Positions 56,037-64,000 of a stretch of DNA of 64,000 nucleotides are shown here, piece by piece. Made by a program: the position numbers and the translations under genes. Where the stretch lies: contig JAZQBL010000037.1 in assembly GCA_045545665.1 (NCBI GenBank), forward strand, positions 6,389 through 70,388, given 5' to 3'. The stretch comes from Eubacteriales bacterium (GTDB lineage Bacteria; Bacillota; Clostridia; Oscillospirales; CAG-272). The notes under the pieces are model-generated. The model did no database searches, was not told where the DNA came from, and saw only the letters and a list, made by a program, of their open reading frames with translations. The stretch's first letter is position 1; each line of letters begins with the position of its first letter.

Positions 56037-58021
56037 ATTGCATCTACCTCCGCTATAATTTGTGAGCTTGCAAAGCCCTTGAGGTCCATAGCACCGGAAG
56101 GACAAGCAACCGTACATGCACCGCAACCCTGACATACAGCCTCGTTTACAGTTGCAACACGTCTTATCGCAACAGTTCTGTCGGGCATACGGAATTCTTT
56201 ATCAACGTAAGTGATAGCACCGTAAGGACATACTCTTTCACAAGAAGAACAGCCGTTACACATAAGCTCGTTGGAGTTTGCAACGCAGGGGTTGCCCATG
56301 AGCTTATCCTTAGCAAGAAGTCCTATTACCTTTGCTGCCGCCGCACTTGCCTGTGATACCGTTTCGGGGATATCCTTCGGACCCTGGCACGTACCTGAAA
56401 GGAATACGCCTGCCGTCGGGCTTTCAACGGGACGGAGCTTGGGATGCGCTTCCGTGAAGAAGTCGTTTGTATCCATACTTGCCGTAAGCATCGTAGCCAA
56501 AGGACGTGCGGACTTATCGGGTTCGATAGCCGCCGCAAGGACAACGAGGTCAGCGGCAATATTGAGCTGTTTGTTTGCAAGAAGGTCTGATGCTCTTACC
56601 ATAAGCTTATCACCCTCGGGCGATACCTTACCGACCATACCCTTTATGTAGTGTACGCCGTATTCTTCAACCGCTCTGCGGTAGAATTCATCAAACGCCT
56701 TACCGGGTGTACGTACGTCGATGTAGAATACGTAAACGTCCGTATCCGGATATTTATCTCTTGTAAGCATTGCATGCTTTGCCGTATACATACAGCAGAT
56801 CTTCGAGCAGTATTCCTTACCCTTTTCAGCGCAAGCCGAGCATCTTGAGCCGACACACTGCACGAACACTATCGTGTGGGGATGCTTGCCGTCGGAAGGA
56901 CGGAGAAGCTTACCTGCCGTAGGTCCTGCGGCATTCGTGAGACGCTCAAATTCAAGAGACGTGATAACGTCCTTTGACTGATTGTAAGCAAACTCGTCAA
57001 ACTTATCCATGCTGATGGGATTGAAGCCCGTAGCGGCAACGATAGCACCGTACTTTTCTTCGATGATCTCATCCTTTTGCGTGTAGTCTATAGCGCCCGC
57101 CGTACATACCTTTGAGCATATACCGCACTTGCCTGTTTTGAGCATCGTACAGTAGTTGGGGTCGATAGTTGCAACCTTCGGAACTGCCTGAGCAAACGGA
57201 ATATATACCGCACGGCGGTTATCCATACCCATATTGAATTCGTTGGGTACCTTCTTCTGAGGACACTTTTCAGTACAGATACCGCAGCCTGTACAGATAT
57301 CCTCTTTTACGTATCTTGCTTTCTTTCTTATTTTTACATTAAAGTTACCGACGAAGCCGCCTATTTCTTCTACCTCGCTGTAGGAGAAAATTCTGATGTT
57401 TTCATTCTGGGCTACGTCAACCATTTTAGGCGTAAGGATACAAGCAGCACAGTCAAGCGTCGGGAACGTCTTGTCGAGCTGAGCCATTTTACCGCCTATG
57501 GTGGGTTTCTTTTCAACTATATCAACGGGGAAGCCTGCTTCTGCGATATCAAGAGCAGTCTGTATACCTGCAATACCGCCGCCTATTACGAGCGCACGTT
57601 TTGTAACGGGGCTTTCACCGGGAGTAAGCGGAGCATTGAGGTTTACCTTTGCAATAGCCGCCTTTCCCAAAATAATAGCCTTTTCCGTACCGGACTTCAT
57701 ATCCTTATGTACCCAGGAGCACTGCTCACGGATATTGGCTATTTCGACCATATACGAGTTAAGTCCTGCGGCCGCCGCTGTCTTGCGGAAGGTCGCTTCG
57801 TGCATTCTCGGCGAGCATGAGCAGACGACGATTCCCGTCAGTTTATGTTCTGCTATTGCATTTTTGATTATATCCTGACCTGCCTGTGAGCACATATACT
57901 GATAGTTTGTGGAAAAGACAACGCCGGGTTCGTTCTTAAGAGCTTCGGAAACAGCCTCAACATCTACTGTTCCTGCGATGTTACTGCCGCACCAGCATAC
58001 AAATACACCAATTCTCTGCAT
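56027..58021 (-). CDS. hdrA: HdrA-like FAD- and Fe-S-containing heterodisulfide reductase subunit A
   Basis: The N-terminus is IGVFVCWCGSNIAG and the FAD fold is ALVIGGGIAGIQTALDIAEAG. Ferredoxin motifs are CTGCGICTEKCP, CNGCSSCERVCP and CQGCGACTVACP. 664 aa. Confidence 0.85.
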   Translation of the reverse strand: MQRIGVFVCWCGSNIAGTVDVEAVSEALKNEPGVVFSTNYQYMCSQAGQDIIKNAIAEHKLTGIVVCSCSPRMHEATFRKTAAAAGLNSYMVEIANIREQCSWVHKDMKSGTEKAIILGKAAIAKVNLNAPLTPGESPVTKRALVIGGGIAGIQTALDIAEAGFPVDIVEKKPTIGGKMAQLDKTFPTLDCAACILTPKMVDVAQNENIRIFSYSEVEEIGGFVGNFNVKIRKKARYVKEDICTGCGICTEKCPQKKVPNEFNMGMDNRRAVYIPFAQAVPKVATIDPNYCTMLKTGKCGICSKVCTAGAIDYTQKDEIIEEKYGAIVAATGFNPISMDKFDEFAYNQSKDVITSLEFERLTNAAGPTAGKLLRPSDGKHPHTIVFVQCVGSRCSACAEKGKEYCSKICCMYTAKHAMLTRDKYPDTDVYVFYIDVRTPGKAFDEFYRRAVEEYGVHYIKGMVGKVSPEGDKLMVRASDLLANKQLNIAADLVVLAAAIEPDKSARPLATMLTASMDTNDFFTEAHPKLRPVESPTAGVFLSGTCQGPKDIPETVSQASAAAAKVIGLLAKDKLMGNPCVANSNELMCNGCSSCERVCPYGAITYVDKEFRMPDRTVAIRRVATVNEAVCQGCGACTVACPSGAMDLKGFASSQIIAEVDAICK

Positions 58022-58033
58022 TTCTTCTCCTCC

Positions 58034-58432
58034 TTACTTACTGTATTTACGAAGTGCGCTCACGATCGCCTGCTGAGGAAGCTCCTCATCAAGAAGCGCA
58101 GGTATATCGTCAGCTTTAAGATGGTTTGCGCCCTGCTTTCTGATAACGGAAAGGCGCACTGCTTCAACGAGCTTTGCAGGTTCAACACCTCTGGGGCATC
58201 TGTCAACGCACGCAAAGCACGTCAGACACTTATAAAGTGACTTTGAATTCATAAGCGGTTCGATATCGCCGCTTTCGACCATATAAACGAACTGATGCGG
58301 ATGGTACTCCATCTCATCAAACGCAGGGCACGTGCCCGTGCATTTTCCGCAACGCATACATTTTTTCGGATTGACACCGCTGGAGCGGATTATTTCCGCT
58401 TGGAGTCTTTCTGTTTCTTTACTCATTGCCAT
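58034..58432 (-). CDS. hdrC: HdrC-like 4Fe-4S dicluster subunit
   Basis: Motifs CMRCGKCTGTCP and CLTCFACVDRCP. 132 aa. Confidence 0.8.
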   Translation of the reverse strand: MAMSKETERLQAEIIRSSGVNPKKCMRCGKCTGTCPAFDEMEYHPHQFVYMVESGDIEPLMNSKSLYKCLTCFACVDRCPRGVEPAKLVEAVRLSVIRKQGANHLKADDIPALLDEELPQQAIVSALRKYSK

Positions 58433-59213
58433 CCTCCTTTACACCGAGAGCTTCAGCCAAAAGCTCTGTAAAGTACACTATTTTAGCCGTGGGATTGTTC
58501 TTTTCAAGATTGTATTTGCAAAGCGGACAAGCCGTTACTATTATATCTGCGCCGTGTGCGTTTGCATTGTCTACGACAGCCGTGCTCTTTTTCTTTGCGG
58601 AAAGTGCATCCTCAAGAGCTATATATCCGCCGCAGCATTCGTTTCTGTAGGGGAAAACGACAGCTTCGGCGCCGAGTGCCTTTATAAGATCCTCCATAAT
58701 GGTGGGATTCTCGGGATCGTCCATCTGCATTACGCTGTTGGGACGGAGCAAAAGGCATCCGTAATATGCGGCTATCTTCTTACCTTTAAGCGGATTTACT
58801 ACCTTTTCGGCTACCTTATCGAAGCCGACCTCATCTCTGAGGTATTCAAGATAATGAAGTACTTTTGTTTTTCCGTCGTATCCGCCATCGGCACCGAGAT
58901 AATTATTTACGTGCGATGCAAATTCTTCATCTGTCTGCATTGCGTGGTTGGTCTGCTTTATAACGTTGTGGCAAGCGGAACATACGGTTACGAGAATCTG
59001 ATCTTTTTTCTGAGCTTCGGCAAGCGCTCTTACAGAGGAAAGCTTTGTTGCTATCTCGTTACGCGCCGTCGTGAAAACGCCGCCGCAGCACTGCCAATTT
59101 TCTATTTCTTCAAGAGAAAAGCCGAGTGCCTGTGCACTTTTTCTTGCATATTCGTCCAGATCCTTTGCCTTTGTCTTTAACGTACAACCGGGAAAGTATG
59201 CTACTTTTTCCAT
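58419..59213 (-). CDS. hdrB: HdrB-like subunit with two CCG domains
   Basis: The first CCG domain is YFPGC...QCCGG...CSAC and the second is YYGC...ECCGG...CPLC. 264 aa. Confidence 0.85.
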   Translation of the reverse strand: MEKVAYFPGCTLKTKAKDLDEYARKSAQALGFSLEEIENWQCCGGVFTTARNEIATKLSSVRALAEAQKKDQILVTVCSACHNVIKQTNHAMQTDEEFASHVNNYLGADGGYDGKTKVLHYLEYLRDEVGFDKVAEKVVNPLKGKKIAAYYGCLLLRPNSVMQMDDPENPTIMEDLIKALGAEAVVFPYRNECCGGYIALEDALSAKKKSTAVVDNANAHGADIIVTACPLCKYNLEKNNPTAKIVYFTELLAEALGVKEDGNE

Positions 59214-59235
59214 TTATATGACCGTTCCTTTCTTA

Positions 59236-59288
59236 GGGCTTTCGTGGAGTTGCGGATTTCCGAAAACTCGAAAATCCGCAAACAGCCC
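59236..59288 (-). other. Intercistronic stem-loop between fumC and hdrB
   Basis: The inner stem is perfect (TGCGGATTT / AAATCCGCA, 9 bp) and the outer stem is GGGCT / AGCCC. No T-run follows on the transcribed strand. Confidence 0.4.
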
Positions 59289-59303
59289 GGAAATTTATTT
59301 TAA

Positions 59304-60680
59304 TCAAACCATCTGTTCGGGATGGAAAACCTCGTCGAATTTTTCTTCCGTCAGGAAGCCGAGTGCAACGCACGCTTCCTTGAGTGAAATGTTATCTTTA
59401 AATGCTTTTTTTGCAGTCTTTGCCGCATTTTCATAACCTATATAGGGGTTGAGAGCCGTAACGAGCATAAGGGAGTTATGCAGGTTGTGGTGCATCTTTT
59501 CTTTATTTGCAACTATTCCGACAGCGCAGTTCTTGTTGAAGGAAACTATCGCTTCCGCCATAAGTCTTGCAGACTGTAAGAAATTATATGCACACACGGG
59601 CATAAATACGTTAAGCTCGAAGTTGCCCTGTGATGCCGCCATACCGACTGCAACGTCGTTACCCATTACCTGAACGGCAACCATTGTAACGGCTTCACAC
59701 TGTGTGGGATTTACCTTACCGGGCATTATGGACGAGCCGGGCTCGTTTTCGGGTATGAATATTTCACCAAGACCGTCACGGGGTCCGCTTGCGAGCCAGC
59801 GTACGTCGTTTGCTATCTTCATCATATCGCAAGCAAGCGCCTTGATAGCACCGTGTGCAAATACCATTTCATCCTTAGACGTAAGCGAATGGAACTTGTT
59901 TGCGGCAGTTACAAAGGGCTTACCTGTGAGATTTGCCACTTTTTCCGCAACAAGCTCACCGAATCCCTTGGGTGCATTAAGTCCCGTACCTACGGCAGTA
60001 CCGCCGAGTGCAAGCTCGCACAAAGGCTTTACTGCAAGCTTTATAAGCTCTACGTCTCTTTCAAGGCTTGAACGCCAGCCGCTTATTTCCTGGCTGAACT
60101 TGATGGGAGTTGCATCCTGAAGGTGCGTTCTTCCGCTTTTAACGATTCCCTCGTTTTCTTCTTCAAGTCTTTTGAACGTTGCAATAAGAGTTTCAACTGC
60201 GGGAATGAGCTTATCTTCAAGCATCATAACAGCCGCGATGTGCATTGCCGTCGGGAACGTATCGTTTGACGACTGGCTCATATTTACGTCATCGTTGGGA
60301 TGAAGTATCTTTTCGCCTGCGAGCTGATTTCCTCTGTTTGCAATAACCTCGTTTGCGTTCATGTTGGACTGTGTGCCCGAACCTGTCTGCCAAACGACCA
60401 ACGGGAAATTATCGTTAAGCTTTCCTGCGATTATTTCATCGCATGCACCGCTTATCGCTTCAAGCTTCTGTGCTGTCATTTTTTCGGGACGGAGAGCGCA
60501 GTTTGCCTGAGCCGCCGCCTTTTTCAGTATACCGAAAGCGTACGTGATCTCTCTCGGCATCGTTTCGATATTTACACCTATTTCAAAATTTTCATGGCTT
60601 CTCTGAGTCTGTGCAGCCCACAGCTTATCTGCAGGGACCTTTACTTCGCCCATAGAGTCATGCTCTATACGGTAATCCAT
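59304..60680 (-). CDS. fumC: Class II fumarate hydratase
   Basis: Motifs [38 protein letters not shown] and others. The ATG at 60680 has GGAGAG 7 nt upstream. Confidence 0.92.
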   Translation of the reverse strand: MDYRIEHDSMGEVKVPADKLWAAQTQRSHENFEIGVNIETMPREITYAFGILKKAAAQANCALRPEKMTAQKLEAISGACDEIIAGKLNDNFPLVVWQTGSGTQSNMNANEVIANRGNQLAGEKILHPNDDVNMSQSSNDTFPTAMHIAAVMMLEDKLIPAVETLIATFKRLEEENEGIVKSGRTHLQDATPIKFSQEISGWRSSLERDVELIKLAVKPLCELALGGTAVGTGLNAPKGFGELVAEKVANLTGKPFVTAANKFHSLTSKDEMVFAHGAIKALACDMMKIANDVRWLASGPRDGLGEIFIPENEPGSSIMPGKVNPTQCEAVTMVAVQVMGNDVAVGMAASQGNFELNVFMPVCAYNFLQSARLMAEAIVSFNKNCAVGIVANKEKMHHNLHNSLMLVTALNPYIGYENAAKTAKKAFKDNISLKEACVALGFLTEEKFDEVFHPEQMV

Positions 60681-60695
60681 AATTTCACTCTCCAA

Positions 60696-61655
60696 TTATA
60701 TCGTTGTTGCTTTAATTATTGCTTTAAGCGTATCTGCGCTGTGGCGGAGCTTTGCAATTTCCTCATCATTCAAAGGAAGATGTACTTTACTGCGTACGCC
60801 GTTATTGCCGACGATGCTGAGCGTACTGAGACAAACGTCGTCGATTCCGTATTCGCCGTGCATCATCGTGGATACTGTCATCGTCGTATCCATACCGCTG
60901 AGCAGGCACTTGCATATATAGCATACAGCCGTTGATACAGCGTAGAACGTAGCGCCCTTGCGTGCGATTATCTCACCGCCGGACTTCTGTACGTATCTCA
61001 AAGCTTCATCGTAATCAAATTTAGGAAGGCTCTCGCCGTTTTTACCCGTAAACGAATTGTGGCAGTCCGCGATATTTACGTTTGATACGTTGGCAAGCGA
61101 CCACGGGATGAAGGAAGAGTCCCCATGCTCACCGAGCACGTATGCGTGTGCGTTATTCTGGCTTATCGAGTAAAACTCCGACATCTTTGCACGAAGACGT
61201 GCCGTGTCAAGTATAGTGCCCGAACCGATTATACGGCTTTCGGGAATACCCGAACGCTTACAGAATGCATATGTAAGGATATCAACGGGGTTACTTACGA
61301 GAAGATACACGGCATCGGGTGCGGCGTGTGTTATCTGCGTCATTATCTGCTTAAGTATGTCAATGTTCGTCTGTGCAAGTTCAAGACGTGACTGACCTGC
61401 TTTTCTCGCAACGCCCGACGTAATGATAACTATGTCGGAATTAGCGGCATCAGCATATGAGCCTGCATTGACTGTACAGGGGTTGCAGAACGGCAAAGCC
61501 TGTCTGATATCAAGCGCCTCGCCTATCGCTTTCTCGTTGTTGATGTCGATCATTACGATCTCAGAAGTAAAGCCCATAACAGCAAGTGTGTAGGAAATAG
61601 TAGCTCCTACGCTTCCGCTTCCGATGATTGTGATTTTGTTCATAATTATTTTCAT
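60696..61655 (-). CDS. mdh: LDH-like malate dehydrogenase
   Basis: Rossmann fold (ITIIGSGSVGATISY). The substrate loop GVARKAGQSRLEL has Arg where L-lactate dehydrogenases have Gln (ANQKPGETR). The start is either 61655 or the ATG at 61643. Confidence 0.75.
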   Translation of the reverse strand: MKIIMNKITIIGSGSVGATISYTLAVMGFTSEIVMIDINNEKAIGEALDIRQALPFCNPCTVNAGSYADAANSDIVIITSGVARKAGQSRLELAQTNIDILKQIMTQITHAAPDAVYLLVSNPVDILTYAFCKRSGIPESRIIGSGTILDTARLRAKMSEFYSISQNNAHAYVLGEHGDSSFIPWSLANVSNVNIADCHNSFTGKNGESLPKFDYDEALRYVQKSGGEIIARKGATFYAVSTAVCYICKCLLSGMDTTMTVSTMMHGEYGIDDVCLSTLSIVGNNGVRSKVHLPLNDEEIAKLRHSADTLKAIIKATTI

Positions 61656-61905
61656 CCCTTCTACGCTTATCGCGTTTTATGTGGTTTATTAACAGTATTA
61701 CCGTAGTGCGGAAGAATTTCTTCCGTACTCTTCAAACAGTTCGGAAAAGCAATAATTTTTCCGCATACCTATTCCTTATAATTATAATACATCGTTAAGA
61801 TTTTTTCAAGTGTTTTGATAAAAAAACTGAAAATATCTTACACATACTGTCATTTATCTGCTTTTTTCTTTTTTTATCGCCGTTTATTTGTTTAAAATAC
61901 CCAAC

Positions 61906-61940
61906 AAAAAAGCCCGTGACATGACTTTATCAGCACGAGC
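61906..61940 (-). terminator. Terminator of the DUF11-like gene
   Basis: Hairpin GCTCGTG...CACGGGC with one mismatch, followed on the minus strand by TTTTTT. Confidence 0.5.
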
Positions 61941-61962
61941 TTTAGCATTTATTTGTTTTTTA

Positions 61963-62817
61963 TCAGATAGTTCCCGTTATAATAAGCGTTGCAACGCCGG
62001 GTGTCGTAACGACAGCACCCGTTTGGGCATCTCTTTCAAACGTTGCCGCAGGTACTGTTATCTGACCGGGGACGGTCGTGAATACTCCCGTTGTTTCGTC
62101 GTAGTTATAATTGACCCCTTCGGTCCACACGTTTCCGTCAAACGTCACGGATATATCGGACAGCACGGGTGAAAACGTATCGGTGATAGTGGCGTTATCG
62201 GTTGAAACAACAGCTGTATTTCCGTAGTTCTGTATGAGCATTCTGTAAGTTACCGTACCGTTTTCAACAACGGGAATAGGTTCAATGCTCTTCGTAACGG
62301 TAAGATCGGCTTCTTCCGAAGGCGATACCGTTTCCGATACCGTTATCGGTGTCTGTATTCCCGCGCCGTCAACCGTTGCCGTGTTGACGATAGTATCACC
62401 GACACCGAGAGGCGCAAATCCGTTTGCTTCCGCCTCATATATAAGTATCACGTTTCCGCCTGCGGGAACTGTGATACCGCTGAAAACAAGCGGCTGTGTT
62501 GACGTTGCCGCGGGAGGTGACTGCAAAACTCCGTTTACGTAAAATCTTACCGATCCGTCAACGTACGTAAGCGGATAAAAAGTTTCCGTATCTACCGTAT
62601 ACGCACCGAGGTCGTCACTTACCGTGATACCCGTAAACGGTGTATTCCCCGTATTTACCACACTTACGACGTACGTGATATCGTCGCCTGCCGAATATTC
62701 CGTGGTAACGGCAGTTTTCGTTGCAGAGAGCACTTCGAGTATCTCTCCGACTGCAACGTTTGAGCTTACGACCAGCCCGTTATACGTGAGCTGGGCGCGG
62801 TTTGTAAATTGTGCCAT
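61963..62817 (-). CDS. DUF11-type repeat protein (two Ig-like repeats), no signal peptide or anchor
   Basis: MAQFTNRAQLTYNG... Two TxT/VxN-rich repeat domains (DITYVVSVVNTGNTPFTGITVSDDLG and TVTYRMLIQNYGNTAVVSTDNATITDTF). AGGAGA lies 4 nt before the ATG at 62817. Confidence 0.6.
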   Translation of the reverse strand: MAQFTNRAQLTYNGLVVSSNVAVGEILEVLSATKTAVTTEYSAGDDITYVVSVVNTGNTPFTGITVSDDLGAYTVDTETFYPLTYVDGSVRFYVNGVLQSPPAATSTQPLVFSGITVPAGGNVILIYEAEANGFAPLGVGDTIVNTATVDGAGIQTPITVSETVSPSEEADLTVTKSIEPIPVVENGTVTYRMLIQNYGNTAVVSTDNATITDTFSPVLSDISVTFDGNVWTEGVNYNYDETTGVFTTVPGQITVPAATFERDAQTGAVVTTPGVATLIITGTI

Positions 62818-62904
62818 ATATTCTCCTTTTGTACAGTTATTATTCGGGTTTGCACCCACTTAAATAATATGCAAAAGGAGAGATATGTGTGACGAAAAAT
62901 GTCG

Positions 62905-64000
62905 TTACGTGTACTCTGAAAGCTTCTTTTCCGCTTCTTCTATACCCTCATAAGCTTCAAATATCTTTTCTTCAAGTTCCGTTTTCTGCTTATCAAGCTC
63001 CATAAGCTTCATATAATCGCTTCCCGTGTTCTCTATTGCCTGTTCGATCAAAGCAAGCTCTTCTTCCCACTTTTCCGTCTGCTGTGTTGTCTTTTTTATA
63101 TAATTTTCAAGCTTACGCTTTTCGGCTTGATTTTTCTTGTTTTCAAGATACTGAGCTTTATTATCGCTTACGGCTGTATCCTTCATCTGCGTTTGCACAG
63201 CCGCCGTTTGCTTGTTAAGATAGCTTACGTACGACTCGTAATTTCCGTGATGATCAAGCCCTTTTTCGATATCTATTATCCTGCTTGAAAGCTTGTTTAT
63301 AAAATAACGGTCGTGCGATACGGATATAAGCGTGCCCTCAAAACCGACAAGTGCTTCTTCAAGCGCTTCGCGTGTCGGAATGTCGAGGTGGTTGGTCGGC
63401 TCGTCGAGCAGTAATACGTTATTTTTACGCATTATCAGCTTTGCAAGCGTAAGACGTGCTTTTTCACCGCCGGAAAGATTGTATACCTCTTTCTTTATAT
63501 CATCACCCTTGAACAAAAACAGCGCAAGTGCCGAACGTATCTGTGTTTGCGTTGCATCGGGAAATTCATCCCACAATTCTTCAAGCACGGTCTTTTCTTC
63601 GTGGAGCTGTTGGTTTTCCTGGTCGTAATATCCTATGCGGATATTGTACCCGAACTCATACGTTCCCGAATCGGGATATGCTCTGCCGTTGAGTATCTTC
63701 AAAAGCGTACTTTTTCCGCTTCCGTTTTTGCCCGTTATGAATGCAAAATCGCCTTTTTTTATCAGAAACGAAACGTCGGAAAAGAGCTTCTTTTCGCCGT
63801 ATGCTTTTGAAAGCTTTTTAACTGTCAGCACGTCCTGTCCCGACTCGCTTCCCGAATCAAATTTTATCCTTACGCTGTCGGGCAGCTTATCGGGTGCGTC
63901 GATCTTCACCATACGGTCTATAGCCTTTTGTCTGCTTTCTGCGGCTATTATATTTTTTTCTCTGTTCCAGCGTTTTTGCTGTTCGATGAACGCCTCCATA
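62905..64000 (-). CDS. ABC-F family ATPase, C-terminal part (gene continues beyond the window)
   Basis: Inter-domain linker, then a second ABC domain (GKNGSGKSTLLK, LSGGEKARLTLAK, LLLDEPTNHLD) and a C-terminal coiled coil. No TM region. The first ABC domain lies outside the window. Confidence 0.8.
   Translation of the reverse strand, partial: MEAFIEQQKRWNREKNIIAAESRQKAIDRMVKIDAPDKLPDSVRIKFDSGSESGQDVLTVKKLSKAYGEKKLFSDVSFLIKKGDFAFITGKNGSGKSTLLKILNGRAYPDSGTYEFGYNIRIGYYDQENQQLHEEKTVLEELWDEFPDATQTQIRSALALFLFKGDDIKKEVYNLSGGEKARLTLAKLIMRKNNVLLLDEPTNHLDIPTREALEEALVGFEGTLISVSHDRYFINKLSSRIIDIEKGLDHHGNYESYVSYLNKQTAAVQTQMKDTAVSDNKAQYLENKKNQAEKRKLENYIKKTTQQTEKWEEELALIEQAIENTGSDYMKLMELDKQKTELEEKIFEAYEGIEEAEKKLSEYT

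Noticed and set aside
53597-58021. Possible selenocysteine (in-frame TGA) or split genes in the Hdr/MvhD/Flx proteins
   Set aside because: All of these ORFs are continuous with Cys at the cluster motifs. No in-frame TGA followed by a continuing frame was seen.

Overview
This 64-kb window is chromosomal sequence from a moderately AT-rich Gram-positive anaerobe of the Clostridia type. Supporting this are an intact pro-sigma-K gene, a DUF3794/LysM spore-type protein, flavodiiron protein plus rubredoxin, many Fe-S enzymes, and strong GGAGG ribosome-binding sites. All calls were made by eye from the ORF track and the DNA; no searches were run.

Most of the window is ordinary backbone:
- nadA-nadB-nadC-niaR operon and rplS.
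- An AraC / GH127-like / MFS / CE4 glycan-utilisation group.
- Four tRNAs: Leu-CAA, Tyr-GTA, Thr-TGT and Leu-GAG.
- hpf, tex, rsuA, an OmpR/HisKA two-component system, an EF-G paralogue, and a PadR-DUF1700-DUF4097 triad.

The standout is a tightly packed 12-gene minus-strand cluster at 49197-61655. Its order is mdh, fumC, hdrB, hdrC, hdrA, mvhD, three Flx-like NADH/Fe-S subunits, a soluble FrdB/FrdA-like pair, and an AspT/YidE-type transporter. I read it as a candidate Flx/Hdr-coupled, possibly flavin-based electron-bifurcating, soluble fumarate reductase pathway.

Secondary oddities:
- Two copies of a hairpin-array repeat punctuated by RTGAAG / CTTCAT motifs. They flank a tRNA-adjacent, AT-rich mini-island of two orphan genes (11877-13260).
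- A solitary large serine recombinase cassette with an overlapping 52-aa ORF. It sits between a near-consensus promoter and an orphan solute-binding gene.
- A PIG-L/LmbE deacetylase interrupted by one in-frame TAA.
- A recurring 19-bp palindrome in two intergenic regions.
- Tandem NlpC/P60-like lipoprotein paralogues.

No CRISPR array, prophage or recognisable defence system was seen.
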